DNA of 64,000 bases from an uncultured Gammaproteobacteria bacterium (GTDB lineage: Bacteria > Pseudomonadota > Gammaproteobacteria > CAWCPV01). The notes beneath the pieces were generated by a model. That model saw only the letters and a program-made list of their open reading frames with translations, ran no database searches and had not been told where the DNA came from. This document shows positions 60,275 through 64,000 of the stretch, piece by piece. Positions within the stretch are counted from its first letter, which is position 1, and the number at the start of each line of letters is the position of its first letter. The translations under genes and the position numbers were made by a program. The DNA lies in assembly GCA_963797555.1 (NCBI GenBank), contig CAWCPV010000016.1, forward strand, positions 160,411 to 224,410, given 5' to 3'.

Positions 60275-60897
60275 TCCGGCTCCTGCTGGTGGACGATCAC
60301 GCCGTGGTTCGGGCCGGGTATCGCCGTTTGCTGGAGCAGCACCCCGCCATCCGGGTGATCGCCGAAGCGGAGACTGGAGAGCAGGGTTGCGAGTACTACG
60401 CCCGCTACCGGCCGGACGCGGTGGTGATGGACCTGTCTCTGCCCGGGATCGGTGGCCTAGAAGCAATGCGGCGCATCCTGCGTCGCGACCCCCGAGCCCG
60501 ACTTCTGGTGTTCAGCATGCATGAAGAGGGCGTCTTCGCGCAGCGCGCGCTGGAGGCCGGCGCACTGGGCTACATCACCAAGAGCAGTGCCCCCGAGGTC
60601 TTGGTAGAGGCCGTCGAGCAGGTGGCTCAGGGCAAGGTGTTCCTGGGGCCCGACCTCGTCCAACGGGGGCACACCGGGCAGGCGGCCGCCAACCCCTTGC
60701 TGGCACTGTCGCCGCGGGAGTTCGAGGTTTGCCGTCTCCTGGTCCACGGGCATGGGCTGTCCGAAATCGCCCAAATGCTGGGGCTCAGCTACAAGACCGT
60801 GGCGAACTACAGCACCTCCCTGCGCAGTAAGCTGCAGGTGCCCACGAACGCGCAGCTCGTGCACTTGGCCATCCAGTACGGTCTGTTGAAGACCTGA
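60271..60897 (+). CDS. NarL/LuxR-type response regulator
   Basis: LVDDHAVVRAG, MDLSLPG and LSPREFEV..LSYKTV. ATGA overlap with the kinase. Confidence 0.92.
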   Translation: MIRLLLVDDHAVVRAGYRRLLEQHPAIRVIAEAETGEQGCEYYARYRPDAVVMDLSLPGIGGLEAMRRILRRDPRARLLVFSMHEEGVFAQRALEAGALGYITKSSAPEVLVEAVEQVAQGKVFLGPDLVQRGHTGQAAANPLLALSPREFEVCRLLVHGHGLSEIAQMLGLSYKTVANYSTSLRSKLQVPTNAQLVHLAIQYGLLKT

Positions 60898-60928
60898 AGC
60901 CTGGGAATGGATCTCCTGCAGGCTCTGA

Positions 60929-61145
60929 GAGCTTGTGAATAAACCTACTGCGCGTCCCGATAGCGGCGTTGCGCGGTGTTCATGGCGTACCTCCCTGTAC
61001 GCCACCCCTTCGGGGCGTCCTGCGGACGTGCCGAATGGCTGTCCTGCCATTCGGTCGCTCCTCGCCTATCTACTTGATATGTCTCGTCGCTGCGCTCCGT
61101 GCGCCTTGCTCTCGGGCCGCTCGCGACGTTTTTATTCACAGGCTC
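60929..61145 (+). mobile_element. Best-preserved MITE copy (with 75-bp nested palindromic insert)
   Basis: 15-bp TIRs GAGCTTGTGAATAAA / TTTATTCACAGGCTC flanked by a TGA direct repeat. Confidence 0.85.
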
Positions 61146-61287
61146 TGAGTGGTGCCTCCACCCTGGTGATCGGTGCGACCCCCATGCTCCAAGGCAGAAC
61201 CCTCAAAAACGGGAATTTTTCCTATAGGCGACCGGACGGAAGTGCGCTATAAAGAAGGCGACGTGCCGGCTGGGAGGCAAGGTAGCC

Positions 61288-61319
61288 AAAAAAAAGCCCC
61301 GGTTAGGGGTAACCGGGGC
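61288..61319 (-). terminator. Rho-independent terminator
   Basis: GCCCCGGTTA-CCCC-TAACCGGGGC followed by T8 on minus. Confidence 0.85.
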
Positions 61320-61408
61320 ATAAGATGTCCCGGCTTGGGATGCCGGGATTGGGGGGGTTTCCCGCCCAGGGAGGGAGGGCGGGAATCGCCGCGCGTAGAG
61401 CGCGACGA
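61288..61408 (-). ncRNA. Candidate sRNA with C-rich hairpin loops
   Basis: CTATACT -10 at 61415-61421 (minus), then four hairpins and a U8 terminator. Confidence 0.55.
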
Positions 61409-61508
61409 GCGGTAAGTATAGCCTGCTCGGTTTAAAAACGGTAGGGGTGTCATCCGGCTTTGCTCGTCGCGGGATCGGCGAACAGCTCCCTTAGCCCGCC
61501 CCAATACG

Positions 61509-61973
61509 TTAAGGGCCTGACAGCGGGGGCCTGCCGCGCGGAAGCCTGTCCGGGTTCAGAAACTGACGCGGCCAGATACGGAAGTAATCGATGTCCTCAT
61601 CGACCCCATCCATGACGGAGTAGCTCCGGTATTCCTGCCGACTCACCCAAGCGTAACGCGTGTGCTCCGCATTCAGCCGTATGTTGCCGCCCCGCCAGAG
61701 GTAATGAAACAGAGAGACCTCGAACCTTCCCCCGTAGTAGCTGTCCCTCACCGGGCCGAGCTGAGCTTGGAGCACCACCGTGTGGCACGAGCCTAACTCC
61801 TCCCGCAGCTCCCGCTCCGAGCACCCCCGCGGCGTTTCCCCCGGCTCGATGTGTCCCCCGCAAAATCCCCACAAGCGTGCGCCGAGCTTCGCGTCAGGCG
61901 AGCGCTGCAACAGCAGGACGCGACCCTCGGTATCCTCAATGACATTGATGGCATACCGCAGTCCGGAAGCCAT
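61509..61973 (-). CDS. NUDIX hydrolase
   Basis: GGHIEPGETPRGCSERELREELG Nudix box. Confidence 0.88.
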   Translation of the reverse strand: MASGLRYAINVIEDTEGRVLLLQRSPDAKLGARLWGFCGGHIEPGETPRGCSERELREELGSCHTVVLQAQLGPVRDSYYGGRFEVSLFHYLWRGGNIRLNAEHTRYAWVSRQEYRSYSVMDGVDEDIDYFRIWPRQFLNPDRLPRGRPPLSGP

Positions 61974-62064
61974 TCAGCGATTCGGCCCGACCCCGCACGC
62001 CAGGGTCACGACAAGCCCCGAGGGCGGTTGCGCGGTCTCTTGACCACCAGGCACCACGGTGATC

Positions 62065-63830
62065 TCACCGCCGCGGAAGATAGAGGTCGGTGATAGTGCC
62101 CTCGAATGCCTCGGCGGCAAAGCAGAGGGTCTCCGACAGGGTGGGGTGAGGGTGGATGGTGAGACCGATGTCTGCCGCGTCGCTGCCCATTCCGATGGCG
62201 AGCGCCGCTTCGGCGATCAGATCCCCCGCGGAGGGTCCCACGATGCCGGCGCCGATGATGCGGCGGCTGTCCCTGTCGAACAGCAGCTTGGTCATCCCCT
62301 CATCCCGGCCGAGAGCCAATGAGCGACCGCTGGCCGCCCAGGGGAAGACTCCTTTACCGTAATCGAGCCCTTGTTCCTTGGCTTGGTCCTCGGTGACGCC
62401 TGCCCATGCCACCTCCGGATCCGTGTACGCCACGGACGGGATGACCCGGGCGTCGAAGCTGCTCCTGAGGCCGGCGATCACTTCCGCGGCCACCTTCCCC
62501 TCGTGGGTCGCCTTGTGTGCCAGCAACGGTGGCCCAACGATGTCTCCGATGGCAAAGATGTGCGGAACATTCGTGCGCTGCTGGCGATCGACATCGATGA
62601 ATCCATAGTCGCTCACCCGCACTCCAGCATTTTCCGCACCGATGACACGCCCGTTGGGTCGACGCCCCACCGCCACCAGCACACGATCAAACCGCTTGGA
62701 GCCGGGCACGCCGTCGCCTTCCAAATAGGCGGTGAGCCCCTCCGGCGCGGGCTCGATGCGCGTCACCTTGGTCTTGAGGTAGATATTCTCGTAACCTTTG
62801 CTGATGCGTCTGTGCAGGGGCCTCACCAGGTCCGCGTCGCAGCCCGGCATGAGCGCCTCCGTCAGCTCCACGACGGTGATACGCGCGCCGAGTGCGGAAT
62901 AGACGCTCGCCATCTCCAGGCCGATGATGCCTCCGCCGATGACCAGCATCTCCCCGGGATTTCTTCCAGTACCAGCGCCGCCGTGGAATCCATGAGGCGC
63001 GGGTCATCGTTGGGAAAGGTCGGGATAGTGGACGCGCGCGAGCCGGCGGCGATGATTGCATAGTCGAACGAGACCGTCAGCGGGCCGTCGCTGGAGTCCA
63101 CGCTCAGCTCGTGCGGGGACACGAAGCTGCCGCTGCCGCGGACGACCTTCACGTTGCGCTGCTTGGCGAGGCCGGCGATGCCCCGCGTAAGCCGCGTCAC
63201 CACCCCCTCCTTCCAGGTGCGCATGGCCGCCACATCCAGGCGAGGGCGCTCGAAGTGTACGCCCCAACGCCCCGCGGCGTTCGCATCCTCGATTACCTTG
63301 GCAAGATGGAGCAGGGCCTTGGACGGAATACAGCCCACGTTGAGACACACGCCACCCAGGCTGGCATACCGTTCCACCAACACCACCTGTTTCCCGAGAT
63401 CCGCCGCCCGGAACGCGGCCGTGTAGCCGCCCGGACCCGAGCCCAAGACCAGGACCTCCGCGTGCAGCTTGACCCCGGCAGGGCCCCCTTCGCTACCTGC
63501 ACCCTGTCCCGCCCGCGGGGTGGCAGTTGGCTGCAGCACCTGCTCGGGCTCGCCTGCGCCTGACTGTGTTTCCGTCGGACGTGCCTCGGTCCCAACCTCC
63601 AGGGTGCAGATTGGCGAGCCCCTGGAGACCTTCCCGCCCACTTTGACGCTGACTTCCCTCACCACTCCGCCACCCGGCGACGGGACCTCCATCGTGGCCT
63701 TGTCGCTCTCCAGGGTGACCAGGGAATCATCCGCGGCGACCCGATTGCCCGGTCGGACCAGGACCTCGATCACGTCGACGTCCTTGAAGTCCCCGATATC
63801 GGGTACCGTAACTTCCACCACCTTGCTCAT
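62065..63830 (-). CDS. lpdA: Dihydrolipoamide dehydrogenase with N-terminal lipoyl domain (frameshift near 62950)
   Basis: ESDKA lipoyl motif, GSGPGG, GGVCLNVGCIP, GGGIIG and HPHPTLSE. Confidence 0.93.
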
Positions 63831-63878
63831 AAGAGAACCTTCAATGCCTCGGCACCGCGCGGCGCCATGGTGTCCTGA

Positions 63879-64000
63879 TCGCCTGTGCACACATCTGCGA
63901 GTCCCGACAGCGGCGTTGCGCGGTGGTCATGGCGAATGGCTGTCCTGCCATTCGGTCGCTCCGCACCTATCCACTCGACCTATCCCACCTCTGCGCTCCG
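63879..64000 (+). repeat. MITE copy cut by window end
   Basis: GCCTGTGCAC..GTCCCGACAGCGGCGTTGCGCGGTG..GAATGGCTGTCCTGCCATTCGGTCGCTCC. Confidence 0.75.

Overview
High-GC gammaproteobacterial chromosome segment. The lineage is inferred from pilS/pilR, bamD-rluD-pgeF-clpB, phoBR and FmdB-aspS. (1) 1-13.2 kb is an IS graveyard: IS21, an IS50/Tn5-like element carrying a DUF4338 gene, group II intron 3' remnants, IS3, IS1634 and a second IS21. It also holds a 5'-truncated TIGR04255-hypothetical-HNH nuclease operon. (2) 13.3-30.7 kb carries a red-type (form IC-like) RuBisCO cluster (cbbR-cbbL-cbbS-cbbX), a phasin, glgB and small genes mixed with decayed gene scraps. (3) 30.7-35.9 kb is a second stack of nested IS fragments, including an IS110 with a structured 5' non-coding end. 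(4) 36-64 kb is core genome: phoBR-phoU, pilRS, sucCD, glnB, bamD, rluD, pgeF, def, clpB, a GspE/PilB ATPase, aspS, a GAF/PAS two-component pair, NUDIX and lpdA. A ~140 bp MITE family occurs about 8 times, and a candidate C-rich-loop sRNA lies at ~61.3-61.4 kb. Several housekeeping genes carry single frameshifts, so some 'pseudogenes' may be sequencing indels. All family assignments are from motif recognition by eye; no database searches were run.
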